DNA of 64,000 nucleotides from Auanema rhodensis (taxonomy: Eukaryota > Animalia > Nematoda). The notes beneath the pieces were generated by a model. The model made no database searches and had not been told where the DNA came from. It saw only the letters and a program-made list of their open reading frames with translations. Every line of letters starts with the position of its first letter. Within the stretch, counting starts at the first letter, position 1. The translations under genes and the position numbers were made by a program. The stretch covers positions 3,224,001 to 3,288,000 of the forward strand of contig OZ059895.1 of the NCBI GenBank assembly GCA_964057225.1. The letters are read 5' to 3'. Shown here piece by piece: positions 36,801-52,100 of the stretch.

Positions 36801-39800
36801 GTACACCCATAAATTATACGCAGCACAGGTTACCCTTAAATAATGAACTGACCGACTAATCAGACATGGATCTTTCCTAGTTCTGTTGCTTGAATGGATG
36901 TTTTCCTACGTAGGCTAGTAAAACATGCCCTTCAAAGCATCAGAACATGTGATCACATTCCAATTTTTTTGAAATCTATCTTGTAAAGATAGTAATAAAC
37001 TTTGATTTTTGTACACCCATAAATTATACGCAGCACAGGTTACCCTTAATTAATGAACTGACCGACTAATCAGACATGGATCTTTCCTAGTTCTGTTGCT
37101 TGAATGGATGTTTTCCTACGTAGGCTAGTAAAACATGCCCTTCAAAGCATCAGAACATGTGATCACATTCCAATTTTTTTGTATCTATCTTGTAAAGATA
37201 GTAATATATCATATGTTGAACACTATGTTGGAAAGATTTTAATTCAGATTTTCTAACTTTTATTCAGTTTGTTTTTTAAACTTTGATTAAGAACTTTGAT
37301 TTTTGTACACCCATAAATTATACGCAGCACAGGTTACCCTTAAATAATGAACTGACCGACTAATCAGACATGGATCTTTCCTAGTTCTGTTGCTTGAATG
37401 GATGTTTTCCTACGTAGGCTAGTAAAACATGCCCTTCAAAGCATCAGAACATGTGATCACATTCCAATTTTTTTGAAATCTATCTTGTAAAGATAGTAAA
37501 AAACTTTGATTTTTGTACACCCATAAATTATACGCAGCACAGGTTACCCTTAAATAATGAACTGACCGACTAATCAGACATGGATCTTTCCTAGTTCTGT
37601 TGCTTGAACGGATGTTTTCCTACGTAGGCTAGTAAAACATGCCCTTCAAAGCATCAGAACATGTGATCACATTTCAATTTTTTTGTATCTATCTTGTAAA
37701 GATAGTAATATATCATATGTTGAACACTATGTTGGAAAGATTTTAATTCAGATTTTTTCAACTTTCACTCAGTTTGTTTTCTAAACTTTGATTAAGAACC
37801 TTGTTGTTTGTACACCCATAAAATATACGCAGCACAGGTTACCCTTAAATAATGAACTGACCGTCTAATCAGACATGGATCTTCCCAAGTTCTGTTGCTT
37901 GAATGGATGTTTTCCTACGTAGGCTAGTAAAACATGCCCTTCAAAGCATCAGAACATGTGATCACATTCCAATTTTTTTGTATCTATCTTGTAAAGATAG
38001 TAATATATCATATGTTGAACACTATGTTGGAAAGATTTTAATTCAGATTTTTTCAACTTTCACTCAGTTTGTTTTCTAAACTTTGATTAAGAACCTTGTT
38101 GTTTGTACACCCATAAAATATACGCAGCACAGGTTACCCTTAAATAATGAACTGACCGACTAATCAGACATGGATCTTTCCTAGTTCTGTTGCTTGAACG
38201 GATGTTTTCCTACGTAGGCTAGTAAAACATGCCCTTCAAAGCATCAGAACATGTGATCACATTCCAATTTTTTTGTATCTATCTTGTAAAGATAGTAATA
38301 TATCATATGTTGAACACTATGTTGGAAAGATTTTAATTCAGATTTTCTAACTTTTATTCAGTTTGTTTTTTAAACTTTGATTAAGAACTTTGATTTTTGT
38401 ACACCCATAAATTATACGCAGCACAGGTTACCCTTAAATAATGAACTGACCGACTAATCAGACATGGATCTTTCCTAGTTCTGTTGCTTGAATGGATGTT
38501 TTCCTACGTAGGCTAGTAAAACATGCCCTTCAAAGCATCAGAACATGTGATCACATTCCAATTTTTTTGAAATCTATCTTGTAAAGATAGTAAAAAACTT
38601 TGATTTTTGTACACCCATAAATTATACGCAGCACAGGTTACCCTTAAATAATGAACTGACCGACTAATCAGACATGGATCTTTCCTAGTTCTGTTGCTTG
38701 AACGGATGTTTTCCTACGTAGGCTAGTAAAACATGCCCTTCAAAGCATCAGAACATGTGATCACATTTCAATTTTTTTGTATCTATCTTGTAAAGATAGT
38801 AATATATCATATGTTGAACACTATGTTGGAAAGATTTTAATTCAGATTTTTTCAACTTTCACTCAGTTTGTTTTCTAAACTTTGATTAAGAACCTTGTTG
38901 TTTGTACACCCATAAAATATACGCAGCACAGGTTACCCTTAAATAATGAACTGACCGTCTAATCAGACATGGATCTTCCCAAGTTCTGTTGCTTGAATGG
39001 ATGTTTTCCTACGTAGGCTAGTAAAACATGCCCTTCAAAGCATCAGAACATGTGATCACATTCCAATTTTTTTGTATCTATCTTGTAAAGATAGTAATAT
39101 ATCATATGTTGAACACTATGTTGGAAAGATTTTAATTCAGATTTTCTAACTTTTATTCAGTTTGTTTTTTTAACTTTGATTAAGAACTTTGATTTTTGTA
39201 CACCCATAAATTATACGCAGCACAGGTTACCCTTAAATAATGAACTGACCGACTAATCAGACATGGATCTTTCCTAGTTCTGTTGCTTGAATGGATGTTT
39301 TCCTACGTAGGCTAGTAAAACATGCCCTTCAAAGCATCAGAACATGTGATCACATTCCAATTTTTTTGTATCTATCTTGTAAAGATAGTAATATATCATA
39401 TGTTGAACACTATGTTGGAAAGATTTTGATTCGGATTTTCTAACTTTTATTCAGTTTGTTTTTTAAACTTTGATCAAGAACTTTGATTTTTGTACATCCA
39501 TAAATTATACGCAGCACAGGTTACCCTTAATTAATGAACTGACCGACTAATCAGACATGGATCTTCCCAAGTTCTGTTGCTTGAATGGATGTTTTCCTAC
39601 GTAGGCTAGTAAAACATGCCCTTCAAAGCATCAGAACATGTGATCACATTCCAATTTTTTTGTATCTATCTTGTAAAGATAGTAATATATCATATGTTGA
39701 ACACTATGTTGGAAAGATTTTGATTCGGATTTTCTAACTTTTATTCAGTTTGTTTTTTAAACTTTGATTAAGAACTTTGATTTTTGTACACCCATAAATT

Positions 39801-41886
39801 ATACGCAGCACAGGTTACCCTTAAATAATGAACTGACCGACTAATCAGACATGGATCTTTCCTAGTTCTGTTGCTTGAATGGATGTTTTCCTACGTAGGC
39901 TAGTAAAACATGCCCTTCAAAGCATCAGAACATGTGATCACATTCCAATTTTTTTGAAATCTATCTTGTAAAGATAGTAATAAACTTTGATTTTTGTACA
40001 CCCATAAATTATACGCAGCACAGGTTACCCTTAAATAATGAACTGACCGACTAATCAGACATGGATCTTTCCTAGTTCTGTTGCTTGAATGGATGTTTTC
40101 CTACGTAGGCTAGTAAAACATGCCCTTCAAAGCATCAGAACATGTGATCACATTCCAATTTTTTTGTATCTATCTTGTAAAGATAGTAATATATCATATG
40201 TTGAACACTATGTTGGAAAGATTTTAATTCAGATTTACGAACTTTTATTCAGTTTGTTTTTTAAACTTTGATTAAGAACTTTGATTTTTGTACACCCATA
40301 AATTATACGCAGCACAGGTTACCCTTAATTAATGAACTGACCGACTAATCAGACATGGATCTTTCCCAGTTCTGTTGCTTGAACGGATGTTTTCCTACGT
40401 AGGCTAGTAAAACATGCCCTTCAAAGCATCAGAACATGTGATCACATTCCAATTTTTTTGTATCTATCTTGTAAAGATAGTAATATATCATATGTTGAAC
40501 ACTATGTTGGAAAGATTTTAATTCAGATTTTCTAACTTTTATTCAGTTTGTTTTTTAAACTTTGATTAAGAACTTTGATTTTTGTACACCCATAAATTAT
40601 ACGCAGCACAGGTTACCCTTAAATAATGAACTGACCGACTAATCAGACATGGATCTTTCCTAGTTCTGTTGCTTGAATGGATGTTTTCCTACGTAGGCTA
40701 GTAAAACATGCCCTTCAAAGCATCAGAACATGTGATCACATTCCAATTTTTTTGAAATCTATCTTGTAAAGATAGTAATAAACTTTGATTTTTGTACACC
40801 CATAAATTATACGCAGCACAGGTTACCCTTAAATAATGAACTGACCGACTAATCAGACATGGATCTTTCCTAGTTCTGTTGCTTTAATGGATGTTTTCCT
40901 ACGTAGGCTAGTAAAACATGCCCTTCAAAGCATCAGAACATGTGATCACATTCCAATTTTTTTGTATCTATCTTGTAAAGATAGTAATATATCATATGTT
41001 GAACACTATGTTGGAAAGATTTTAATTCAGATTTTTTCAACTTTCACTCAATTTGTTTTCTAAACTTTGATTAAGAACTTTGATTTTTGTACACCCATAA
41101 ATTATACGCAGCACAGGTTACCCTTGAATAATGAACTGACCGACTAATCAGACATGGATCTTTCCTAGTTCTGTTGCTTGAATGGATGTTTTCCTACGTA
41201 GGCTAGTAAAACATGCCCTTCAAAGCATCAGAACATGTGATCACATTCCAATTTTTTTGTATCTATCTTGTAAAGATAGTATTAAACTTTGATTTTTGTT
41301 CACCCATAAATTATACGCAGTACAGGTTACCCTTAAATAATGAACTGACCGACTAATCAGACATGGATCTTTCCAAGTTCTGTTGCTTGAACGGATGTTT
41401 TCCTACGTAGGCTAGTAAAACATGCCCTTCAAAGCATCAGAACATGTGATCACATTTCAATTTTTTTGTATCTATCTTGTAAAGATAGTAATATATCATA
41501 TGTTGAACACTATGTTGGAAAGATTTTAATTCAGATTTTTTCAACTTTCACTCAGTTTGTTTTCTAAACTTTGATTAAGAACCTTGTTGTTTGTACACCC
41601 ATAAAATATACGCAGCACAGGTTACCCTTAAATAATGAACTGACCGTCTAATCAGACATGGATCTTCCCAAGTTCTGTTGCTTGAATGGATGTTTTCCTA
41701 CGTAGGCTAGTAAAACATGCCCTTCAAAGCATCAGAACATGTGATCACATTCCAATTTTTTTGTATCTATCTTGTAAAGATAGTAATATATCATATGTTG
41801 AACACTATGTTGGAAAGATTTTAATTCAGATTTTCTAACTTTTATTCAGTTTGTTTTTTAAACTTTGATTAAGAACTTTGATTTTT

Positions 41887-43330
41887 GTACACCCATAAAT
41901 TATACGCAGCACAGGTTACCCTTAAATAATGAACTGACCGACTAATCAGACATGGATCTTTCCTAGTTCTGTTGCTTGAATGGATGTTTTCCTACGTAGG
42001 CTAGTAAAACATGCCCTTCAAAGCATCAGAACATGTGATCACATTCCAATTTTTTTGAAATCTATCTTGTAAAGATAGTAATAAACTTTGATTTTTGTAC
42101 ACCCATAAATTATACGCAGCACAGGTTACCCTTAAATAATGAACTGACCGACTAATCAGACATGGATCTTTCCAAGTTCTGTTGCTTGAACGGATGTTTT
42201 CCTACGTAGGCTAGTAAAACATGCCCTTCAAAGCATCAGAACATGTGACCACATTCCAATTTTTTTGTATCTATCTTGTAAAGATAATAATATGTCATAT
42301 GTTGAACACTATGTTGGAAAGATTTTAATTCACATTTTTTCAACTTTCACTCAATTTGTTTTCTAAACTTTGATTAAGAACTTTGATTTTTGTACACCCA
42401 TAAATTATACGCAGCACAGGTTACCCTTAAATAATGAACTGACCAACTAATCAGACATGGATCTTTCCTAGTTCTGTTGCTTGAATAGATGTTTTCCTAC
42501 GTAGGCTAGTAAAACATGCCCTTCAAAGCATCAGAACATGTGATCACATTCCAATTTTTTTGTATCTATCTTGTAAAGATAGTAATATATCATATGTTGA
42601 ACACTATGTTGGAAAGATTTTAATTCAGATTTTCTAACTTTTATTCAGTTTGTTTTTTAAACTTTGATTAAGAACTTTGATTTTTGTACACCCATAAATT
42701 ATACGCAGCACAGGTTACCCTTAAATAATGAACTGACCGACTAATCAGACATGGATCTTTCCTAGTTCTGTTGCTTGAATGGATGTTTTCCTACGTAGGC
42801 TAGTAAAACATGCCCTTCAAAGCATCAGAACATGTGATCACATTCCAATTTTTTTGAAATTTATCTTGTAAAGATAGTAATAAACTTTGATTTTTGTACA
42901 CCCATAAATTATACGCAGCACAGGTTACCCTTAAATAATGAACTGACCGACTAATCAGACATGGATCTTTCCAAGTTCTGTTGCTTGAACGGATGTTTTC
43001 CTACGTAGGCTAGTAAAACATGCCCTTCAAAGCATCAGAACATGTGACCACATTCCAATTTTTTTGTATCTATCTTGTAAAGATAATAATATGTCATATG
43101 TTGAACACTATGTTGGAAAGATTTTAATTCACATTTTTTCAACTTTCACTCAATTTGTTTTCTAAACTTTGATTAAGAACTTTGATTTTTGTACACCCAT
43201 AAATTATACGCAGCACAGGTTACCCTTAAATAATGAACTGACCAACTAATCAGACATGGATCTTTCCTAGTTCTGTTGCTTGAATAGATGTTTTCCTACG
43301 TAGGCTAGTAAAACATGCCCTTCAAAGCAT
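41887..43330. repeat. 3-monomer tandem duplication, period 799 bp
   Basis: Private SNPs TATGTCAT, GACCAACT and GAATAGAT each occur twice, 799 bp apart (monomers 42097/42896 and 42392/43191). Confidence 0.88.
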
Positions 43331-45962
43331 CAGAACATGTGATCAAATTCCAACTTTTTTGTATCTATCTTGTAAAGATAGTAATATATCATATGTTGAA
43401 CACTATGTTGGAAAGATTTTAATTCAGATTTTCGAACTTTTATTCAGTTTGTTTTTTAAACTTTGATTAAGAACTTTGATTTTTGTACACCCATAAATTA
43501 TACGCAGCACAGGTTACCCTTAATTAATGAACTGACCGACTAATCAGACATGGATCTTTCCAAGTTCTGTTGCTTGAACGGATGTTTTCCTACGAAGGCT
43601 AGTAAAACATGCCCTTCAAAGCATCAGAACATGTGATCACATTCCAATATTTTTGTATCTATCTTGTAAAGATAGTAATATATCATATGTTGAACACTAT
43701 GTTGGAAAGATTTTAATTCAGATTTTCTAACTTTTATTCAGTTTGTTTTTTAAACTTCGATTAAGAACTTTGATTTTTGTACACCCATAAATTATACGCA
43801 GCACAGGTTACCCTTAAATAATGAACTGACCGACTAATCAGACATGGATCTTTCCTAGTTCTGTTGCTTGAATGGATGTTTTCCTACGTAGGCTAGTAAA
43901 ACATGCCCTTCAAAGCATCAGAACATGTGATCACATTCCAATTTTTTTGAAATCTATCTTGTAAAGATAGTAATAAACTTTGATTTTTGTACACCCATAA
44001 ATTATACGCAGCACAGGTTACCCTTAAATAATGAACTGACCGACTAATCAGACATGGATCTTTCCTAGTTCTGTTGCTTGAATGGATGTTTTCCTACGTA
44101 GGCTAGTAAAACATGCCCTTCAAAGCATCAGAACATGTGATCACATTCCAATTTTTTTGTATCTTTCTTGTAAAGATAGTAATATATCATATGTTAAACA
44201 CTATGTTGGAAAGATTTTAATTCAGATTTTCGAACTTTTATTCAGTTTGTTTTTTAAACTTTGATTAAGAACTTTGATTTTTGTACACCCATGAATTATA
44301 CGCAGCACAGGTTACCCTTAATTAATGAACTGACCGACTAATCAGACATGGATCTTTCCAAGTTCTGTTGCTTGAACGGATGTTTTCCTACGAAGGCTAG
44401 TAAAACATGCCCTTCAAAGCATCAGAACATGTGATCACATTCCAATATTTTTGTATCTATCTTGTAAAGATAGTAATATATCATATGTTGAACACTATGT
44501 TGGAAAGATTTTAATTCAGATTTTCTAACTTTTATTCAGTTTGTTTTTTAAACTTTGATTAAGAACTTTGATTTTTGTACACCCATAAATTATACGCAGC
44601 ACAGGTTACCCTTAAATAATGAACTGACCGACTAATCAGACATGGATCTTTCCTAGTTCTGTTGCTTGAATGGATGTTTTCCTACGAAGGCTAGTAAAAC
44701 ATGCCCTTCAAAGCATCAGAACATGTGATCACATTTCAATTTTTTTGTATCTATCTTGTAAAGATAGTAATATATCATATGTTGAACACTATGTTGGAAA
44801 GATTTTAATTCAGATTTTCTAACTTTTATTCAGTTTGTTTTTTAAACTTCGATTAAGAACTTTGATTTTTGTACACCCATAAATTATACGCAGCACAGGT
44901 TACCCTTAAATAATGAACTGACCGACTAATCAGACATGGATCTTTCCTAGTTCTGTTGCTTGAATGGATGTTTTCCTACGTAGGCTAGTAAAACATGCCC
45001 TTCAAAGCATCAGAACATGTGATCACATTCCAATTTTTTTGAAATCTATCTTGTAAAGATAGTAATAAACTTTGATTTTTGTACACCCATAAATTATACG
45101 CAGCACAGGTTACCCTTAAATAATGAACTGACCGACTAATCAGACATGGATCTTTCCTAGTTCTGTTGCTTGAATGGATGTTTTCCTACGTAGGCTAGTA
45201 AAACATGCCCTTCAAAGCATCAGAACATGTGATCACATTCCAATTTTTTTGTATCTTTCTTGTAAAGATAGTAATATATCATATGTTGAACACTATGTTG
45301 GAAAGATTTTAATTCAGATTTTCGAACTTTTATTCAGTTTGTTTTTTAAACTTTGATTAAGAACTTTGATTTTTGTACACCCATAAATTATACGCAGCAC
45401 AGGTTACCCTTAAATAATGAACTGACCGACTAATCAGACATGGATCTTTCCTAGTTCTGTTGCTTGAATGGATGTTTTCCTACGTAGGCTAGTAAAACAT
45501 GCCCTTCAAAGCATCAGAACATGTGATCACATTCCAATTTTTTTGTATCTTTCTTGTAAAGATAGTAATATATCATATGTTGAACACTATGTTGGAAAGA
45601 TTTTAATTCAGATTTTCGAACTTTTATTCAGTTTGTTTTTTAAACTTTGATTAAGAACTTTGATTTTTGTACACCCATAAATTATACGCAGCACAGGTTA
45701 CCCTTAATTAATGAACTGACCGACTAATCAGACATGGATCTTTCCAAGTTCTGTTGCTTGAACGGATGTTTTCCTACGAAGGCTAGTAAAACATGCCCTT
45801 CAAAGCATCAGAACATGTGATCACATTCCAATATTTTTGTATCTATCTTGTAAAGATAGTAATATATCATATGTTGAACACTATGTTGGAAAGATTTTAA
45901 TTCAGATTTTCTAACTTTTATTCAGTTTGTTTTTTAAACTTTGATTAAGAACTTTGATTTTT

Positions 45963-48900
45963 GTACACCCATAAATTATACGCAGCACAGGTTACCCTTA
46001 AATAATGAACTGACCGACTAATCAGACATGGATCTTTCCTAGTTCTGTTGCTTGAATGGATGTTTTCCTACGTAGGCTAGTAAAACATGCCCTTCAAAGC
46101 ATCAGAACATGTGATCACATTCCAATTTTTTTGTATCTATCTTGTAAAGATAGTAATATATCATATGTTGAACACTATGTTGGAAAGATTTTAATTCAGA
46201 TTTTCGAACTTTTATTCAGTTTGTTTTTTAAACTTTGATTAAGAACTTTGATTTTTGTACACCCATAAATTATACGCAGCACAGGTTACCCTTAATTAAT
46301 GAACTGACCGACTAATCAGACATGGATCTTTCCAAGTTCTGTTGCTTGAACGGATGTTTTCCTACGTAGGCTAGTAAAACATGCCCTTCAAAGCATCAGA
46401 ACATGTGACCACATTCCAATTTTTTTGTATCTATCTTGTAAAGATAGTAATATATCATATGTTGAACACTATGTTGGAAAGATTTTAATTCAGATTTTTT
46501 CAACTTTCACTCAATTTGTTTTCTAAACTTTGATTAAGAACTTTGATTTTTGTACACCCATAAATTATACGCAGCACAGGTTACCCTTGAATAATGAACT
46601 GACCGACTAATCAGACATGGATCTTTCCAAGTTCTGTTGCTTGAATGGATGTTTTCCTACGTAGGCTAGTAAAACATGCCCTTCAAAGCATCAGAACATG
46701 TGATCACATTCCAATTTTTTTGTATCTATCTTGTAAAGATAGTAATATATCATATGTTGAACACTATGTTGGAAAGATTTTAATTCAGATTTTCTAACTT
46801 TTATTCAGTTTGTTTTTTAAACTTTGATTAAGAACTTTGATTTTTGTACACCCATAAATTATACGCAGCACAGGTTACCCTTAATTAATGAACTGACCGA
46901 CTAATCAGACATGGATCTTTCCAAGTTCTGTTGCTTGAACGGATGTTTTCCTACGTAGGCTAGTAAAACATGCCCTTCAAAGCATCAGAACATGTGATCA
47001 CATTCCAATTTTTTTGTATCTATCTTGTAAAGATAGTAATATATCATATGTTGAACACTATGTTGGAAAGATTTTAATTCAGATTTTCTAACTTTTATTC
47101 AGTTTGTTTTTTAAACTTTGATTAAGAACTTTGATTTTTGTACACCCATAAATTATACGCAGCACAGGTTACCCTTAAATAATGAACTGACCGACTAATC
47201 AGACATGGATCTTTCCTAGTTCTGTTGCTTGAATGGATGTTTTCCTACGTAGGCTAGTAAAACATGCCCTTCAAAGCATCAGAACATGTGATCACATTCC
47301 AATTTTTTTGTATCTATCTTGTAAAGATAGTAATATATCATATGTTGAACACTATGTTGGAAAGATTTTAATTCAGATTTTCGAACTTTTATTCAGTTTG
47401 TTTTTTAAACTTTGATTAAGAACTTTGATTTTTGTACACCCATAAATTATACGCAGCACAGGTTACCCTTAATTAATGAACTGACCGACTAATCAGACAT
47501 GGATCTTTCCAAGTTCTGTTGCTTGAACGGATGTTTTCCTACGTAGGCTAGTAAAACATGCCCTTCAAAGCATCAGAACATGTGACCACATTCCAATTTT
47601 TTTGTATCTATCTTGTAAAGATAGTAATATATCATATGTTGAACACTATGTTGGAAAGATTTTAATTCAGATTTTTTCAACTTTCACTCAATTTGTTTTC
47701 TAAACTTTGATTAAGAACTTTGATTTTTGTACACCCATAAATTATACGCAGCACAGGTTACCCTTGAATAATGAACTGACCGACTAATCAGACATGGATC
47801 TTTCCAAGTTCTGTTGCTTGAATGGATGTTTTCCTACGTAGGCTAGTAAAACATGCCCTTCAAAGCATCAGAACATGTGATCACATTCCAATTTTTTTGT
47901 ATCTATCTTGTAAAGATAGTAATATATCATATGTTGAACACTATGTTGGAAAGATTTTAATTCAGATTTTCTAACTTTTATTCAGTTTGTTTTTTAAACT
48001 TTGATTAAGAACTTTGATTTTTGTACACCCATAAATTATACGCAGCACAGGTTACCCTTAATTAATGAACTGACCGACTAATCAGACATGGATCTTTCCA
48101 AGTTCTGTTGCTTGAACGGATGTTTTCCTACGTAGGCTAGTAAAACATGCCCTTCAAAGCATCAGAACATGTGATCACATTCCAATTTTTTTGTATCTAT
48201 CTTGTAAAGATAGTAATATATCATATGTTGAACACTATGTTGGAAAGATTTTAATTCAGATTTTCTAACTTTTATTCAGTTTGTTTTTTAAACTTTGATT
48301 AAGAACTTTGATTTTTGTACACCCATAAATTATACGCAGCACAGGTTACCCTTAAATAATGAACTGACCGACTAATCAGACATGGATCTTTCCTAGTTCT
48401 GTTGCTTGAATGGATGTTTTCCTACGTAGGCTAGTAAAACATGCCCTTCAAAGCATCAGAACATGTGATCACATTCCAATTTTTTTGTATCTATCTTGTA
48501 AAGATAGTAATATATCATATGTTGAACACTATGTTGGAAAGATTTTAATTCAGATTTTCGAACTTTTATTCAGTTTGTTTTTTAAACTTTGATTAAGAAC
48601 TTTGATTTTTGTACACCCATAAATTATACGCAGCACAGGTTACCCTTAATTAATGAACTGACCGACTAATCAGACATGGATCTTTCCAAGTTCTGTTGCT
48701 TGAACGGATGTTTTCCTACGTAGGCTAGTAAAACATGCCCTTCAAAGCATCAGAACATGTGACCACATTCTAATTTTTTTGTATCTATCTTGTAAAGATA
48801 GTAATATATCATATGTTGAACACTATGTTGGAAAGATTTTAATTCAGATTTTTTCAACTTTCACTCAATTTGTTTTCTAAACTTTGATTAAGAACTTTGA

Positions 48901-49199
48901 TTTTTGTACACCCATAAATTATACGCAGCACAGGTTACCCTTGAATAATGAACTGACCGACTAATCAGACATGGATCTTTCCAAGTTCTGTTGCTTGAAC
49001 GGATGTTTTCCTACGTAGGCTAGTAAAACATGCCCTTCAAAGCATCAGAACATGTGATCACATTCCATTTTTTTTGTATCTATCTTGTAAAGATAGTAAT
49101 ATATCATATGTTGAACACTATGTTGGAAAGATTTTAATTCAGATTTTCTAACTTTTATTCAGTTTGTTTTTTAAACTTTGATTAAGAACTTTGATTTTT
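45963..49199. repeat. 4-monomer higher-order repeat, 1177 bp, ~2.75 copies, long monomers only
   Basis: ORF-bearing monomers at 46056, 47233 and 48410 (spacing 1177 = 3x294 + 295) with the same variant order. Confidence 0.88.
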
Positions 49200-52100
49200 G
49201 TACACCCATAAATTATACGCAGCACAGGTTACCCTTAAATAATGAACTGACCGACTAATCAGACATGGATCTTTCCTAGTTCTGTTGCTTGAATGGATGT
49301 TTTCCTACGTAGGCTAGTAAAACATGCCCTTCAAAGCATCAGAACATGTGATCACATTCCAATTTTTTTGTATCTATCTTGTAAAGATAGTAATATATCA
49401 TATGTTGAACACTATGTTGGAAAGATTTTAATTCAGATTTACGAACTTTTATTCAGTTTGTTTTTTAAACTTTGATTAAGAACTTTGATTTTTGTACACC
49501 CATAAATTATACGCAGCACAGGTTACCCTTAATTAATGAACTGACCGACTAATCAGACATGGATCTTTCCAAGTTCTGTTGCTTGAACGGATGTTTTCCT
49601 ACGTAGGCTAGTAAAACATGCCCTTCAAAGCATCAGAACATGTGATCACATTCCAATTTTTTTGAAATCTATCTTGTAAAGATAGTAATAAACTTTGATT
49701 TTTGTACACCCATAAATTATACGCAGCACAGGTTACCCTTAAATAATGAACTGACCGACTAATCAGACATGGATCTTTCCTAGTTCTGTTGCTTGAATGG
49801 ATGTTTTCCTACGTAGGCTAGTAAAACATGCCCTTCAAAGCATCAGAACATGTGATCACATTCCAATTTTTTTGAAATCTATCTTGTAAAGATAGTAATA
49901 AACTTTGATTTTTGTACACCCATAAATTATACGCAGCACAAGTTACCCTTAAATAATAAACTGACCGACTAATCAGACATGGATCTTTCCTAGTTCTGTT
50001 GCTTGAATGGATGTTTTCCTACGTAGGCTAGTAAAACATGCCCTTCAAAGCATCAGAACATGTGATCACATTCCAATTTTTTTGAAATCTATCTTGTAAA
50101 GATAGTAATAAACTTTGATTTTTGTACACCCATAAATTATACGCAGCACAGGTTACCCTTAAATAATGAACTGACCGACTAATCAGACATGGATCTTTCC
50201 TAGTTCTGTTGCTTGAATGGATGTTTTCCTACGTAGGCTAGTAAAACATGCCCTTCAAAGCATCAGAACATGTGATCACATTCCAATTTTTTCGTATCTT
50301 TCTTGTAAAGATAGTAATATATCATATGTTGAACACTATGTTGGAAAGATTTTAATTCAGATTTTCGAACTTTTATTCAGTTTGTTTTTTAAACTTTGAT
50401 TAAGAACTTTGATTTTTGTACACCCATAAATTATACGCAGCACAGGTTACCCTTAATTAATGAACTGACCGACTAATCAGACATGGATCTTTCCAAGTTC
50501 TGTTGCTTGAACGGATGTTTTCCTACGAAGGCTAGTAAAACATGCCCTTCAAAGCATCAGAACATGTGATCACATTCCAATATTTTTGTATCTATCTTGT
50601 AAAGATAGTAATATATCATATGTTGAACACTATGTTGGAAAGATTTTAATTCAGATTTTCTAACTTTTATTCAGTTTGTTTTTTAAACTTTGATTAAGAA
50701 CTTTGATTTTTGTACACCCATAAATTATACGCAGCACAGGTTACCCTTAAATAATGAACTGACCGACTAATCAGACATGGATCTTTCCTAGTTCTGTTGC
50801 TTGAATGGATGTTTTCCTACGTAGGCTAGTAAAACATGCCCTTCAAAGCATCAGAACATGTGATCACATTATAATTTTTTTGTATCTATCTTGTAAAGAT
50901 AGTAATATATCATATGTTGAACACTATGTTGGAAAGATTTTAATTCAGATTTACGAACTTTTATTCAGTTTGTTTTTTAAACTTTGATTAAGAACTTTGA
51001 TTTTTGTACACCCATAAATTATACGCAGCACAGGTTACCCTTAATTAATGAACTGACCGACTAATCAGACATGGATCTTTCCAAGTTCTGTTGCTTGAAC
51101 GGATGTTTTCCTACGTAGGCTAGTAAAACATGCCCTTCAAAGCATCAGAACATGTGATCACATTCCAATTTTTTTGTATCTATCTTGTAAAGATAGTAAT
51201 ATATCATATGTTGAACACTATGTTGGAAAGATTTTAATTCAGATTTTTTCAACTTTCACTCAATTTGTTTTCTAAACTTTGATTAAGAACTTTGATTTTT
51301 GTACACCCATAAATTATACGCAGCACAGGTTACCCTTGAATAATGAACTGACCGACTAATCAGACATGGATCTTTCCAAGTTCTGTTGCTTGAACGGATG
51401 TTTTCCTACGTAGGCTAGTAAAACATGCCCTTCAAAGCATCAGAACATGTGATCACATTCCATTTTTTTTGTATCTATCTTGTAAAGATAGTAATATATC
51501 ATATGTTGAACACTATGTTGGAAAGATTTTAATTCAGATTTTCTAACTTTTATTCAGTTTGTTTTTTAAACTTTGATTAAGAACTTTGATTTTTGTACAC
51601 CCATAAATTATACGCAGCACAGGTTACCCTTAAATAATGAACTGACCGACTAATCAGACATGGATCTTTCCTAGTTCTGTTGCTTGAATGGATGTTTTCC
51701 TACGTAGGCTAGTAAAACATGCCCTTCAAAGCATCAGAACATGTGATCACATTCCAATTTTTTTGAAATCTATCTTGTAAAGATAGTAATATATCATATT
51801 TTGAACACTATGTTGGAAAGATTTTAATTCAGATTTTTTCAACTTTCACTCAGTTTGTTTTCTAAACTTTGATTAAGAACCTTGTTGTTTGTACACCCAT
51901 AAAATATACGCAGCACAGGTTACCCTTAAATAATGAACTGACCGTCTAATCAGACATGGATCTTCCCAAGTTCTGTTGCTTGAATGGATGTTTTCCTACG
52001 TAGGCTAGTAAAACATGCCCTTCAAAGCATCAGAACATGTGATCACATTCCAATTTTTTTGTATCTATCTTGTAAAGATAGTAATATATCATATGTTGAA

